Shown here: piece by piece, positions 40,401-55,400 of the stretch
Layout: each line of letters opens with the position of its first letter
Numbering within the stretch: the stretch's first letter is position 1
Assembly (NCBI GenBank): GCA_963920595.1
Contig: OY986948.1
Span: 2,480,001-2,544,000 of the forward strand
Direction: 5' to 3'
Length of the DNA stretch: 64,000 nt
From: Eimeria praecox
Taxonomy: Eukaryota
Translations under genes and position numbers: made by a program
Notes under the pieces: model-generated
What the model was told of the DNA's origin: nothing
Databases searched by the model: none
The model's input: only the letters and a program-made list of their open reading frames with translations

Positions 40401-43400
40401 AGCCCAATATATCATCGACCAGTCAGAGATGCATGCAAAATAGGGGTACGTAGCAACGCTCGGAAGAAAAGAAAACCCATTGTGACAGGCTACGCCCTGC
40501 CAGATTTTCCTTAGACCCTAACTCCTCCAAAGCTGCGCCGCAAAGCCTATCACCTTCAACTATTTTCATATGATGCTGCAGAACAACATACCTCCTGAAG
40601 GGCCAAGCAGAATTACCATGATGACCGTTGCACAGACTCTTGCAGATGAGGCGAACAGATCCCTCCTCACTCAGCGGCTCAGCATCACTGCAATATCACC
40701 GCACCTATCAGAACTGAATCGTCACCTCACTTCTGCAAGCAGAGCATCTACACGAAAAGGACGCTGTTAAAACATCGCACTGCGACCCTTCACCGGCAGA
40801 GCAGCGTACCTGCCACTGAGTGGTGGGCGAACAACGGCATCGTCGATGATTTGAAACCCCCGCTCTCTGCCATATATGCGCAGGGGCGCTAGATCAGCAT
40901 TAGTGGCGCCTGCAGCCCAATATATCATCGACCAGTCAGAGATGCATGCAAAATAGGGGTACGTAGCAACGCTCGGAAGAAAAGAAAACCCATTGTGACA
41001 GGCTACGCCCTGCCAGATTTTCCTTAGACCCTAACTCCTCCAAAGCTGCGCCGCAAAGCCTATCACCTTCAACTATTTTCATATGATGCTGCAGAACAAC
41101 ATACATCCTGAAGCGCCGAGCAGAATTACCATGATGACCGTTGCACACACTCTTGCAGATGAGGCGAACAGATCCCTCCTCACTCAGCGGCTCAGCATCA
41201 CTGCAATATCACCGCACCTATCAGAACTGAATCGTCACCTCACTTCTGCAAGCAGAGCATCTACACGAAAAGGACGCTGTTCAAACATCGCACTGCGACC
41301 CTTCACCGGCAGAGCAGCGTACCTGCCACTGACTGGTGGGCGAACAACGGCATCGTCGATGATTTGAAACCCCCGCTCTCTGCCATATATGCGCAGGGGC
41401 GCTAGATCAGCATTAGTGGCGCCTGCAGCCCAATATATCATCGACCAGTCAGAGATGCATGCAAAATAGGGGTACGTAGCAACGCTCGGAAGAAAAGAAA
41501 ACCCATTGTGACAGGCTATGCCCTGCCAGATTTTCCTTAGACCCTAACTCCTCCAAAGCTGCGCCGCAAAGCCTATCACCTTCAACTATTTTCATATGAT
41601 GCTGCAGAACAACATACCTCCTGAAGGGCCAAGCAGAATTACCATGATGACCGTTGCACAGACTCTTGCAGATGAGGCGAACAGATCCCTCCTCACTCAG
41701 CGGCTCAGCATCACTGCAATATCACCGCACCTATCAGAACTGAATCGTCACCTCACTTCTGCAAGCAGAGCATCTACACGAAAAGGACGCTGTTAAAACA
41801 TCGCACTGCGACCCTTCACCGGCAGAGCAGCGTACCTGCCACTGAGTGGTGGGCGAACAACGGCATCGTCGATGATTTGAAACCCCCGCTCTCTGCCATA
41901 TATGCGCAGGGGCGCTAGATCAGCATTAGTGGCGCCTGCAGCCCAATTTATCATCGACCAGTCAGAGATGCATGCAAAATAGGGGTACGTAGCAACGCTC
42001 GGAAGAAAAGAAAACCCATTGTGACAGGCTACGCCCTGCCAGATTTTCCTTAGACCCTAACTCCTCCAAAGCTGCGCCGCAAAGCCTATCACCTTCAACT
42101 ATTTTCATATGATGCTGCAGAACAACATACATCCTGAAGCGGCGAGCAGAATTACCATGATGACCGTTGCACACACTCTTGCAGATGAGGCGAACAGATC
42201 CCTCCTCACTCAGCGGCTCAGCATCACTGCAATATCACCGCACCTATCAGAACTGAATCGTCACCTCACTTCTGCAAGCAGAGCATCTACACGAAAAGGA
42301 CGCTGTTCAAACATCGAACTGCGACCCTTCACCGGCAGAGCAGCGTACCTGCAACTGAGTGGTGGGCGAACAACGGCATCGTCGATGATTTGAAACCCCC
42401 GCTCTCTGCCATATATGCGCAGGGGCGCTAGATCAGCATTAGTGGCGCCTGCAGCCCAATATATCATCGACCAGTCAGAGATGCATGCAAAATAGGGGTA
42501 CGTAGCAACGCTCGGAAGAAAAGAAAACCCATTGTGACAGGCTATGCCCTGCCAGATTTTCCTTAGACCCTAACTCCTCCAAAGCTGCGCCGCAAAGCCT
42601 ATCACCTTCAACTATTTTCATATGATGCTGCAGAACAACATACCTCCTGAAGGGCCAAGCAGAATTACCATGATGACCGTTGCACACACTCTTGCAGATG
42701 AGGCGAACAGATCCCTCCTCACTCAGCGGCTCAGCATCACTGCAATATCACCGCACCTATCAGAACTGAATCGTCACCTCACTTCTGCAAGCAGAGCATC
42801 TACACGAAAAGGACGCTGTTAAAACATCGCACTGCGACCCTTCACCGGCAGAGCAGCGTACCTGCCACTGAGTGGTGGGCGAACAACGGCATCGTCGATG
42901 ATTTGAAACCCCCGCTCTCTGCCATATATGCGCAGGGGCGCTAGATCAGCATTAGTGGCGCCTGCAGCCCAATATATCATCGACCAGTCAGAGATGCATG
43001 CAAAATAGGGGTACGTAGCAACGCTCGGAAGAAAAGAAAACCCATTGTGACAGGCTATGCCCTGCCAGATTTTCCTTAGACCCTAACTCCTCCAAAGCTG
43101 CGCCGCAAAGCCTATCACCTTCAACTATTTTCATATGATGCTGCAGAACAACATACATCCTGAAGCGCCGAGCAGAATTACCATGATGACCGTTGCACAG
43201 ACTCTTGCAGATGAGGCGAACAGATCCCTCCTCACTCAGCGGCTCAGCATCACTGCAATATCACCGCACCTATCAGAACTGAATCGTCACCTCACTTCTG
43301 CAAGCAGAGCATCTACACGAAAAGGACGCTGTTCAAACATCGAACTGCGACCCTTCACCGGCAGAGCAGCGTACCTGCAACTGAGTGGTGGGCGAACAAC

Positions 43401-46400
43401 GGCATCGTCGATGATTTGAAACCCCCGCTCTCTGCCATATATGCGCAGGGGCGCTAGATCAGCATTAGTGGCGCCTGCAGCCCAATATATCATCGACCAG
43501 TCAGAGATGCATGCAAAATAGGGGTACGTAGCAACGCTCGGAAGAAAAGAAAACCCATTGTGACAGGCTATGCCCTGCCAGATTTTCCTTAGACCCTAAC
43601 TCCTCCAAAGCTGCGCCGCAAAGCCTATCACCTTCAACTATTTTCATATGATGCTGCAGAACAACATACCTCCTGAAGGGCCAAGCAGAATTACCATGAT
43701 GACCGTTGCACACACTCTTGCAGATGAGGCGAACAGATCCCTCCTCACTCAGCGGCTCAGCATCACTGCAATATCACCGCACCTATCAGAACTGAATCGT
43801 CACCTCACTTCTGCAAGCAGAGCATCTACACGAAAAGGACGCTGTTCAAACATCGCACTGCGACCCTTCACCGGCAGAGCAGCGTACCTGCAACTGAGTG
43901 GTGGGCGAACAACGGCATCGTCGATGATTTGAAACCCCCGCTCTCTGCCATATATGCGCAGGGGCGCTAGATCAGCATTAGTGGCGCCTGCAGCCCAATA
44001 TATCATCGACCAGTCAGAGATGCATGCAAAATAGGGGTACGTAGCAACGCTCGGAAGAAAAGAAAACCCATTGTGACAGGCTACGCCCTGCCAGATTTTC
44101 CTTAGACCCTAACTCCTCCAAAGCTGCGCCGCAAAGCCTATCACCTTCAACTATTTTCATATGATGCTGCAAAACAACATACATCCTGAAGCGCCGAGCA
44201 GAATTACCATGATGACCGTTGCACACACTCTTGCAGATGAGGCGAACAGATCCCTCCTCACTCAGCGGCTCAGCATCACTGCAATATCACCGCACCTATC
44301 AGAAGTGAATCGTCACCTCACTTCTGCAAGCAGAGCATCTACACGAAAAGGACGCTGTTAAAACATCGCACTGCGACCCTTCACCGGCAGAGCAGCGTAC
44401 CTGCAACTGAGTGGTGGGCGAACAACGGCATCGTCGATGATTTGAAACCCCCGCTCTCTGCCATATATGCGCAGGGGCGCTAGATAAGCATTAGTGGCGC
44501 CTGCAGCCCAATATATCATCGACCAGTCAGAGATGCATGCAAAATAGGGGTACGTAGCAACGCTCGGAAGAAAAGAAAACCCATTGTGACAGGCTATGCC
44601 CTGCCAGATTTTCCTTAGACCCTAACTCCTCCAAAGCTGCGCCGCAAAGCCTATCACCTTCAACTGTTTTCATATGATGCTGCAAAACAACATACATCCT
44701 GAAGCGCCGAGCAGAATTACCATGATGACCGTTGCACACACTCTTGCAGATGAGGCGAACAGATCCCTCCTCACTCAGCGGCTCAGCATCACTGCAATAT
44801 CACCGCACCTATCAGAACTGAATCGTCACCTCACTTCTGCAAGCAGAGCATCTACACGAAAAGGACGCTGTTCAAACATCGCACTGCGACCCTTCACCGG
44901 CAGAGCAGCGTACCTGCAACTGAGTGGTGGGCGAACAACGGCATCGTCGATGATTTGAAACCCCCGCTCTCTGCCATATATGCGCAGGGGCGCTAGATAA
45001 GCATTAGTGGCGCCTGCAGCCCAATATATCATCGACCAGTCAGAGACGCATGCAAAATAGGGGTACGTAGCAACGCTCGGAAGAAAAGAAAACCCATTGT
45101 GACAGGCTATGCCCTGCCAGATTTTCCTTAGACCCTAACTCCTCCAAAGCTGCGCCGCAAAGCCTATCACCTTCAACTGTTTTCATATGATGCTGCAGAA
45201 CAACATACCTCCTGAAGGGCCAAGCAGAATTACCATGATGACCGTTGCACACACTCTTGCAGATGAGGCGAACAGATCCCTCCTCACTCAGCGGCTCAGC
45301 ATCACTGCAATATCACCGCACCTATCAGAACTGAATCGTCACCTCACTTCTGCAAGCAGAGCATCTACACGAAAAGGACGCTGTTCAAACATCGCACTGC
45401 GACCCTTCACCGGCAGAGCAGCGTACCTGCAACTGAGTGGTGGGCGAACAACGGCATCGTCGATGATTTGAAACCCCCGCTCTCTGCCATATATGCGCAG
45501 GGGCGCTAGATCAGCATTAGTGGCGCCTGCAGCCCAATATATCATCGACCAGTCAGAGATGCATGCAAAATAGGGGTACGTAGCAACGCTCGGAAGAAAA
45601 GAAAACCCATTGTGACAGGCTACGCCCTGCCAGATTTTCCTTAGACCCTAACTCCTCCAAAGCTGCGCCGCAAAGCCTATCACCTTCAACTATTTTCATA
45701 TGATGCTGCAGAACAACATACCTCCTGAAGGGCCAAGCAGAATTACCATGATGACCGTTGCACAGACTCTTGCAGATGAGGCGAACAGATCCCTCCTCAC
45801 TCAGCGGCTCAGCATCACTGCAATATCACCGCACCTATCAGAACTGAATCGTCACCTCACTTCTGCAAGCAGAGCATCTACACGAAAAGGACGCTGTTAA
45901 AACATCGCACTGCGACCCTTCACCGGCAGAGCAGCGTACCTGCCACTGAGTGGTGGGCGAACAACGGCATCGTCGATGATTTGAAACCCCCGCTCTCTGC
46001 CATATATGCGCAGGGGCGCTAGATCAGCATTAGTGGCGCCTGCAGCCCAATATATCATCGACCAGTCAGAGATGCATGCAAAATAGGGGTACGTAGCAAC
46101 GCTCGGAAGAAAAGAAAACCCATTGTGACAGGCTACGCCCTGCCAGATTTTCCTTAGACCCTAACTCCTCCAAAGCTGCGCCGCAAAGCCTATCACCTTC
46201 AACTATTTTCATATGATGCTGCAGAACAACATACATCCTGAAGCGCCGAGCAGAATTACCATGATGACCGTTGCACACACTCTTGCAGATGAGGCGAACA
46301 GATCCCTCCTCACTCAGCGGCTCAGCATCACTGCAATATCACCGCACCTATCAGAACTGAATCGTCACCTCACTTCTGCAAGCAGAGCATCTACACGAAA

Positions 46401-49400
46401 AGGACGCTGTTCAAACATCGCACTGCGACCCTTCACCGGCAGAGCAGCGTACCTGCCACTGACTGGTGGGCGAACAACGGCATCGTCGATGATTTGAAAC
46501 CCCCGCTCTCTGCCATATATGCGCAGGGGCGCTAGATCAGCATTAGTGGCGCCTGCAGCCCAATATATCATCGACCAGTCAGAGATGCATGCAAAATAGG
46601 GGTACGTAGCAACGCTCGGAAGAAAAGAAAACCCATTGTGACAGGCTATGCCCTGCCAGATTTTCCTTAGACCCTAACTCCTCCAAAGCTGCGCCGCAAA
46701 GCCTATCACCTTCAACTATTTTCATATGATGCTGCAGAACAACATACCTCCTGAAGGGCCAAGCAGAATTACCATGATGACCGTTGCACAGACTCTTGCA
46801 GATGAGGCGAACAGATCCCTCCTCACTCAGCGGCTCAGCATCACTGCAATATCACCGCACCTATCAGAACTGAATCGTCACCTCACTTCTGCAAGCAGAG
46901 CATCTACACGAAAAGGACGCTGTTAAAACATCGCACTGCGACCCTTCACCGGCAGAGCAGCGTACCTGCCACTGAGTGGTGGGCGAACAACGGCATCGTC
47001 GATGATTTGAAACCCCCGCTCTCTGCCATATATGCGCAGGGGCGCTAGATCAGCATTAGTGGCGCCTGCAGCCCAATTTATCATCGACCAGTCAGAGATG
47101 CATGCAAAATAGGGGTACGTAGCAACGCTCGGAAGAAAAGAAAACCCATTGTGACAGGCTACGCCCTGCCAGATTTTCCTTAGACCCTAACTCCTCCAAA
47201 GCTGCGCCGCAAAGCCTATCACCTTCAACTATTTTCATATGATGCTGCAGAACAACATACATCCTGAAGCGGCGAGCAGAATTACCATGATGACCGTTGC
47301 ACACACTCTTGCAGATGAGGCGAACAGATCCCTCCTCACTCAGCGGCTCAGCATCACTGCAATATCACCGCACCTATCAGAACTGAATCGTCACCTCACT
47401 TCTGCAAGCAGAGCATCTACACGAAAAGGACGCTGTTCAAACATCGAACTGCGACCCTTCACCGGCAGAGCAGCGTACCTGCAACTGAGTGGTGGGCGAA
47501 CAACGGCATCGTCGATGATTTGAAACCCCCGCTCTCTGCCATATATGCGCAGGGGCGCTAGATCAGCATTAGTGGCGCCTGCAGCCCAATATATCATCGA
47601 CCAGTCAGAGATGCATGCAAAATAGGGGTACGTAGCAACGCTCGGAAGAAAAGAAAACCCATTGTGACAGGCTATGCCCTGCCAGATTTTCCTTAGACCC
47701 TAACTCCTCCAAAGCTGCGCCGCAAAGCCTATCACCTTCAACTATTTTCATATGATGCTGCAGAACAACATACCTCCTGAAGGGCCAAGCAGAATTACCA
47801 TGATGACCGTTGCACACACTCTTGCAGATGAGGCGAACAGATCCCTCCTCACTCAGCGGCTCAGCATCACTGCAATATCACCGCACCTATCAGAACTGAA
47901 TCGTCACCTCACTTCTGCAAGCAGAGCATCTACACGAAAAGGACGCTGTTCAAACATCGCACTGCGACCCTTCACCGGCAGAGCAGCGTACCTGCAACTG
48001 AGTGGTGGGCGAACAACGGCATCGTCGATGATTTGAAACCCCCGCTCTCTGCCATATATGCGCAGGGGCGCTAGATCAGCATTAGTGGCGCCTGCAGCCC
48101 AATATATCATCGACCAGTCAGAGATGCATGCAAAATAGGGGTACGTAGCAACGCTCGGAAGAAAAGAAAACCCATTGTGACAGGCTACGCCCTGCCAGAT
48201 TTTCCTTAGACCCTAACTCCTCCAAAGCTGCGCCGCAAAGCCTATCACCTTCAACTATTTTCATATGATGCTGCAGAACAACATACATCCTGAAGCGCCG
48301 AGCAGAATTACCATGATGACCGTTGCACACACTCTTGCAGATGAGGCGAACAGATCCCTCCTCACTCAGCGGCTCAGCATCACTGCAATATCACCGCACC
48401 TATCAGAACTGAATCGTCACCTCACTTCTGCAAGCAGAGCATCTACACGAAAAGGACGCTGTTAAAACATCGCACTGCGACCCTTCACCGGCAGAGCAGC
48501 GTACCTGCCACTGAGTGGTGGGCGAACAACGGCATCGTCGATGATTTGAAACCCCCGCTCTCTGCCATATATGCGCAGGGGCGCTAGATCAGCATTAGTG
48601 GCGCCTGCAGCCCAATATATCATCGACCAGTCAGAGATGCATGCAAAATAGGGGTACGTAGCAACGCTCGGAAGAAAAGAAAACCCATTGTGACAGGCTA
48701 TGCCCTGCCAGATTTTCCTTAGACCCTAACTCCTCCAAAGCTGCGCCGCAAAGCCTATCACCTTCAACTATTTTCATATGATGCTGCAGAACAACATACA
48801 TCCTGAAGCGCCGAGCAGAATTACCATGATGACCGTTGCACAGACTCTTGCAGATGAGGCGAACAGATCCCTCCTCACTCAGCGGCTCAGCATCACTGCA
48901 ATATCACCGCACCTATCAGAACTGAATCGTCACCTCACTTCTGCAAGCAGAGCATCTACACGAAAAGGACGCTGTTCAAACATCGAACTGCGACCCTTCA
49001 CCGGCAGAGCAGCGTACCTGCAACTGAGTGGTGGGCGAACAACGGCATCGTCGATGATTTGAAACCCCCGCTCTCTGCCATATATGCGCAGGGGCGCTAG
49101 ATCAGCATTAGTGGCGCCTGCAGCCCAATATATCATCGACCAGTCAGAGATGCATGCAAAATAGGGGTACGTAGCAACGCTCGGAAGAAAAGAAAACCCA
49201 TTGTGACAGGCTATGCCCTGCCAGATTTTCCTTAGACCCTAACTCCTCCAAAGCTGCGCCGCAAAGCCTATCACCTTCAACTATTTTCATATGATGCTGC
49301 AGAACAACATACCTCCTGAAGGGCCAAGCAGAATTACCATGATGACCGTTGCACACACTCTTGCAGATGAGGCGAACAGATCCCTCCTCACTCAGCGGCT

Positions 49401-52400
49401 CAGCATCACTGCAATATCACCGCACCTATCAGAACTGAATCGTCACCTCACTTCTGCAAGCAGAGCATCTACACGAAAAGGACGCTGTTAAAACATCGCA
49501 CTGCGACCCTTCACCGGCAGAGCAGCGTACCTGCAACTGAGTGGTGGGCGAACAACGGCATCGTCGATGATTTGAAACCCCCGCTCTCTGCCATATATGC
49601 GCAGGGGCGCTAGATCAGCATTAGTGGCGCCTGCAGCCCAATATATCATCGACCAGTCAGAGATGCATGCAAAATAGGGGTACGTAGCAACGCTCGGAAG
49701 AAAAGAAAACCCATTGTGACAGGCTACGCCCTGCCAGATTTTCCTTAGACCCTAACTCCTCCAAAGCTGCGCCGCAAAGCCTATCACCTTCAACTATTTT
49801 CATATGATGCTGCAGAACAACATACATCCTGAAGCGCCGAGCAGAATTACCATGATGACCGTTGCACACACTCTTGCAGATGAGGCGAACAGATCCCTCC
49901 TCACTCAGCGGCTCAGCATCACTGCAATATCACCGCACCTATCAGAACTGAATCGTCACCTCACTTCTGCAAGCAGAGCATCTACACGAAAAGGACGCTG
50001 TTCAAACATCGAACTGCGACCCTTCACCGGCAGAGCAGCGTACCTGCAACTGAGTGGTGGGCGAACAACGGCATCGTCGATGATTTGAAACCCCCGCTCT
50101 CTGCCATATATGCGCAGGGGCGCTAGATCAGCATTAGTGGCGCCTGCAGCCCAATATATCATCGACCAGTCAGAGACGCATGCAAAATAGGGGTACGTAG
50201 CAACGCTCGGAAGAAAAGAAAACCCATTGTGACAGGCTACGCCCTGCCAGATTTTCCTTAGACCCTAACTCCTCCAAAGCTGCGCCGCAAAGCCTATCAC
50301 CTTCAACTATTTTCATATGATGCTGCAGAACAACATACATCCTGAAGCGGCGAGCAGAATTACCATGATGACCGTTGCACACACTCTTGCAGATGAGGCG
50401 AACAGATCCCTCCTCACTCAGCGGCTCAGCATCACTGCAATATCACCGCACCTATCAGAACTGAATCGTCACCTCACTTCTGCAAGCAGAGCATCTACAC
50501 GAAAAGGACGCTGTTCAAACATCGCACTGCGACCCTTCACCGGCAGAGCAGCGTACCTGCAACTGAGTGGTGGGCGAACAACGGCATCGTCGATGATTTG
50601 AAACCCCCGCTCTCTGCCATATATGCGCAGGGGCGCTAGATCAGCATTAGTGGCGCCTGCAGCCCAATATATCATCGACCAGTCAGAGATGCATGCAAAA
50701 TAGGGGTACGTAGCAACGCTCGGAAGAAAAGAAAACCCATTGTGACAGGCTACGCCCTGCCAGATTTTCCTTAGACCCTAACTCCTCCAAAGCTGCGCCG
50801 CAAGGCCTATCACCTTCAACTATTTTCATATGATGCTGCAGAACAACATACATCCTGAAGCGCCGAGCAGAATTACCATGATGACCGTTGCACACACTCT
50901 TGCAGATGAGGCGAACAGATCCCTCCTCACTCAGCGGCTCAGCATCACTGCAATATCACCGCACCTATCAGAACTGAATCGTCACCTCACTTCTGCAAGC
51001 AGAGCATCTACACGAAAAGGACGCTGTTCAAACATCGCACTGCGACCCTTCACCGGCAGAGCAGCGTACCTGCAACTGAGTGGTGAGCGAACAACGGCAT
51101 CGTCGATGATTTGAAACCCCCGCTCTCTGCCATATATGCGCAGGGGCGCTAGATCAGCATTAGTGGCGCCTGCAGCCCAATATATCATCGACCAGTCAGA
51201 GACGCATGCAAAATAGGGGTACGTAGCAACGCTCGGAAGAAAAGAAAACCCATTGTGACAGGCTACGCCCTGCCAGATTTTCCTTAGACCCTAACTCCTC
51301 CAAAGCTGCGCCGCAAAGCCTATCACCTTCAACTATTTTCATATGATGCTGCAGAACAACATACATCCTGAAGCGCCGAGCAGAATTACCATGATGACCG
51401 TTGCACACACTCTTGCAGATGAGGCGAACAGATCCCTCCTCACTCAGCGGCTCAGCATCACTGCAATATCACCGCACCTATCAGGACTGAATCGTCACCT
51501 CACTTCTGCAAGCAGAGCATCTACACGAAAAGGACGCTGTTCAAACATCGCACTGCGACCCTTCACCGGCAGAGCAGCGTACCTGCAACTGAGTGGTGAG
51601 CGAACAACGGCATCGTCGATGATTTGAAACCCCCGCTCTCTGCCATATATGCGCAGGGGCGCTAGATCAGCATTAGTGGCGCCTGCAGCCCAATATATCA
51701 TCGACCAGTCAGAGACGCATGCAAAATAGGGGTACGTAGCAACGCTCGGAAGAAAAGAAAACCCATTGTGACAGGCTACGCCCTGCCAGATTTTCCTTAG
51801 ACCCTAACTCCTCCAAAGCTGCGCCGCAAAGCCTATCACCTTCAACTATTTTCATATGATGCTGCAGAACAACATACATCCTGAAGCGCCGAGCAGAATT
51901 ACCATGATGACCGTTGCACACACTCTTGCAGATGAGGCGAACAGATCCCTCCTCACTCAGCGGCTCAGCATCACTGCAATATCACCGCACCTATCAGAAC
52001 TGAATCGTCACCTCACTTCTGCAAGCAGAGCATCTACACGAAAAGGACGCTGTTCAAACATCGAACTGCGACCCTTCACCGGCAGAGCAGCGTACCTGCA
52101 ACTGAGTGGTGGGCGAACAACGGCATCGTCGATGATTTGAAACCCCCGCTCTCTGCCATATATGCGCAGGGGCGCTAGATCAGCATTAGTGGCGCCTGCA
52201 GCCCAATATATCATCGACCAGTCAGAGACGCATGCAAAATAGGGGTACGTAGCAACGCTCGGAAGAAAAGAAAACCCATTGTGGCAGGCTACGCCATGCC
52301 AGATTTTCCTTAGACCCTAACTCCTCCAAAGCTGCGCCGCAAAGCCTATCACCTTCAACTATTTTCATATGATGCTGCAGAACAACATACATCCTGAAGC

Positions 52401-55400
52401 GGCGAGCAGAATTACCATGATGACCGTTGCACACACTCTTGCAGATGAGGCGAACAGATCCCTCCTCACTCAGCGGCTCAGCATCACTGCAATATCACCG
52501 CACCTATCAGAACTGAATCGTCACCTCACTTCTGCAAGCAGAGCATCTACACGAAAAGGACGCTGTTCAAACATCGCACTGCGACCCTTCACCGGCAGAG
52601 CAGCGTACCTGCCACTGAGTGGTGGGCGAACAACGGCATCGTCGATGATTTGAAACCCCCGCTCTCTGCCATATATGCGCAGGGGCGCTAGATCAGCATT
52701 AGTGGCGCCTGCAGCCCAATATATCATCGACCAGTCAGAGATGCATGCAAAATAGGGGTACGTAGCAACGCTCGGAAGAAAAGAAAACCCATTGTGACAG
52801 GCTACGCCCTGCCAGATTTTCCTTAGACCCTAACTCCTCCAAAGCTGCGCCGCAAGGCCTATCACCTTCAACTATTTTCATATGATGCTGCAGAACAACA
52901 TACATCCTGAAGCGCCGAGCAGAATTACCATGATGACCGTTGCACACACTCTTGCAGATGAGGCGAACAGATCCCTCCTCACTCAGCGGCTCAGCATCAC
53001 TGCAATATCACCGCACCTATCAGAACTGAATCGTCACCTCACTTCTGCAAGCAGAGCATCTACACGAAAAGGACGCTGTTCAAACATCGCACTGCGACCC
53101 TTCACCGGCAGAGCAGCGTACCTGCAACTGAGTGGTGAGCGAACAACGGCATCGTCGATGATTTGAAACCCCCGCTCTCTGCCATATATGCGCAGGGGCG
53201 CTAGATCAGCATTAGTGGCGCCTGCAGCCCAATATATCATCGACCAGTCAGAGATGCATGCAAAATAGGGGTACGTAGCAACGCTCGGAAGAAAAGAAAA
53301 CCCATTGTGACAGGCTACGCCCTGCCAGATTTTCCTTAGACCCTAACTCCTCCAAAGCTGCGCCGCAAGGCCTATCACCTTCAACTGTTTTCATATGATG
53401 CTGCAGAACAACATACCTCCTGAAGGGCCAAGCAGAATTACCATGATGACCGTTGCACACACTCTTGCAGATGAGGCGAACAGATCCCTCCTCACTCAGC
53501 GGCTCAGCATCACTGCAATATCACCGCACCTATCAGAACTGAATCGTCACCTCACTTCTGCAAGCAGAGCATCTACACGAAAAGGACGCTGTTCAAACAT
53601 CGCACTGCGACCCTTCACCGGCAGAGCAGCGTACCTGCAACTGAGTGGTGAGCGAACAACGGCATCGTCGATGATTTGAAACCCCCGCTCTCTGCCATAT
53701 ATGCGCAGGGGCGCTAGATCAGCATTAGTGGCGCCTGCAGCCCAATATATCATCGACCAGTCAGAGACGCATGCAAAATAGGGGTACGTAGCAACGCTCG
53801 GAAGAAAAGAAAACCCATTGTGACAGGCTACGCCCTGCCAGATTTTCCTTAGACCCTAACTCCTCCAAAGCTGCGCCGCAAAGCCTATCACCTTCAACTA
53901 TTTTCATATGATGCTGCAGAACAACATACCTCCTGAAGCGCCGAGCAGAATTACCATGATGACCGTTGCACACACTCTTGCAGATGAGGCGAACAGATCC
54001 CTCCTCACTCAGCGGCTCAGCATCACTGCAATATCACCGCACCTATCAGAACTGAATCGTCACCTCACTTCTGCAAGCAGAGCATCTACACGAAAAGGAC
54101 GCTGTTCAAACATCGCACTGCGACCCTTCACCGGCAGAGCAGCGTACCTGCAACTGAGTGGTGGGCGAACAACGGCATCGTCGATGATTTGAAACCCCCG
54201 CTCTCTGCCATATATGCGCAGGGGCGCTAGATCAGCATTAGTGGCGCCTGCAGCCCAATATATCATCGACCAGTCAGAGATGCATGCAAAATAGGGGTAC
54301 GTAGCAACGCTCGGAAGAAAAGAAAACCCATTGTGACAGGCTACGCCCTGCCAGATTTTCCTTAGACCCTAACTCCTCCAAAGCTGCGCCGCAAAGCCTA
54401 TCACCTTCAACTATTTTCATATGATGCTGCAGAACAACATACCTCCTGAAGGGCCAAGCAGAATTACCATGATGACCGTTGCACACACTCTTGCAGATGA
54501 GGCGAACAGATCCCTCCTCACTCAGCGGCTCAGCATCACTGCAATATCACCGCACCTATCAGAACTGAATCGTCACCTCACTTCTGCAAGCAGAGCATCT
54601 ACACGAAAAGGACGCTGTTAAAACATCGCACTGCGACCCTTCACCGGCAGAGCAGCGTACCTGCAACTGAGTGGTGGGCGAACAACGGCATCGTCGATGA
54701 TTTGAAACCCCCGCTCTCTGCCATATATGCGCAGGGGCGCTAGATCAGCATTAGTGGCGCCTGCAGCCCAATATATCATCGACCAGTCAGAGATGCATGC
54801 AAAATAGGGGTACGTAGCAACGCTCGGAAGAAAAGAAAACCCATTGTGACAGGCTACGCCCTGCCAGATTTTCCTTAGACCCTAACTCCTCCAAAGCTGC
54901 GCCGCAAGGCCTATCACCTTCAACTATTTTCATATGATGCTGCAGAACAACATACCTCCTGAAGGGCCAAGCAGAATTACCATGATGACCGTTGCACACA
55001 CTCTTGCAGATGAGGCGAACAGATCCCTCCTCACTCAGCGGCTCAGCATCACTGCAATATCACCGCACCTATCAGAACTGAATCGTCACCTCACTTCTGC
55101 AAGCAGAGCATCTACACGAAAAGGACGCTGTTAAAACATCGCACTGCGACCCTTCACCGGCAGAGCAGCGTACCTGCAACTGAGTGGTGAGCGAACAACG
55201 GCATCGTCGATGATTTGAAACCCCCGCTCTCTGCCATATATGCGCAGGGGCGCTAGATCAGCATTAGTGGCGCCTGCAGCCCAATATATCATCGACCAGT
55301 CAGAGATGCATGCAAAATAGGGGTACGTAGCAACGCTCGGAACATATGAAAACCCATTGTGAGAGGCTACGCCCTGCCAGATTTTCCTTAGACCCTAACT

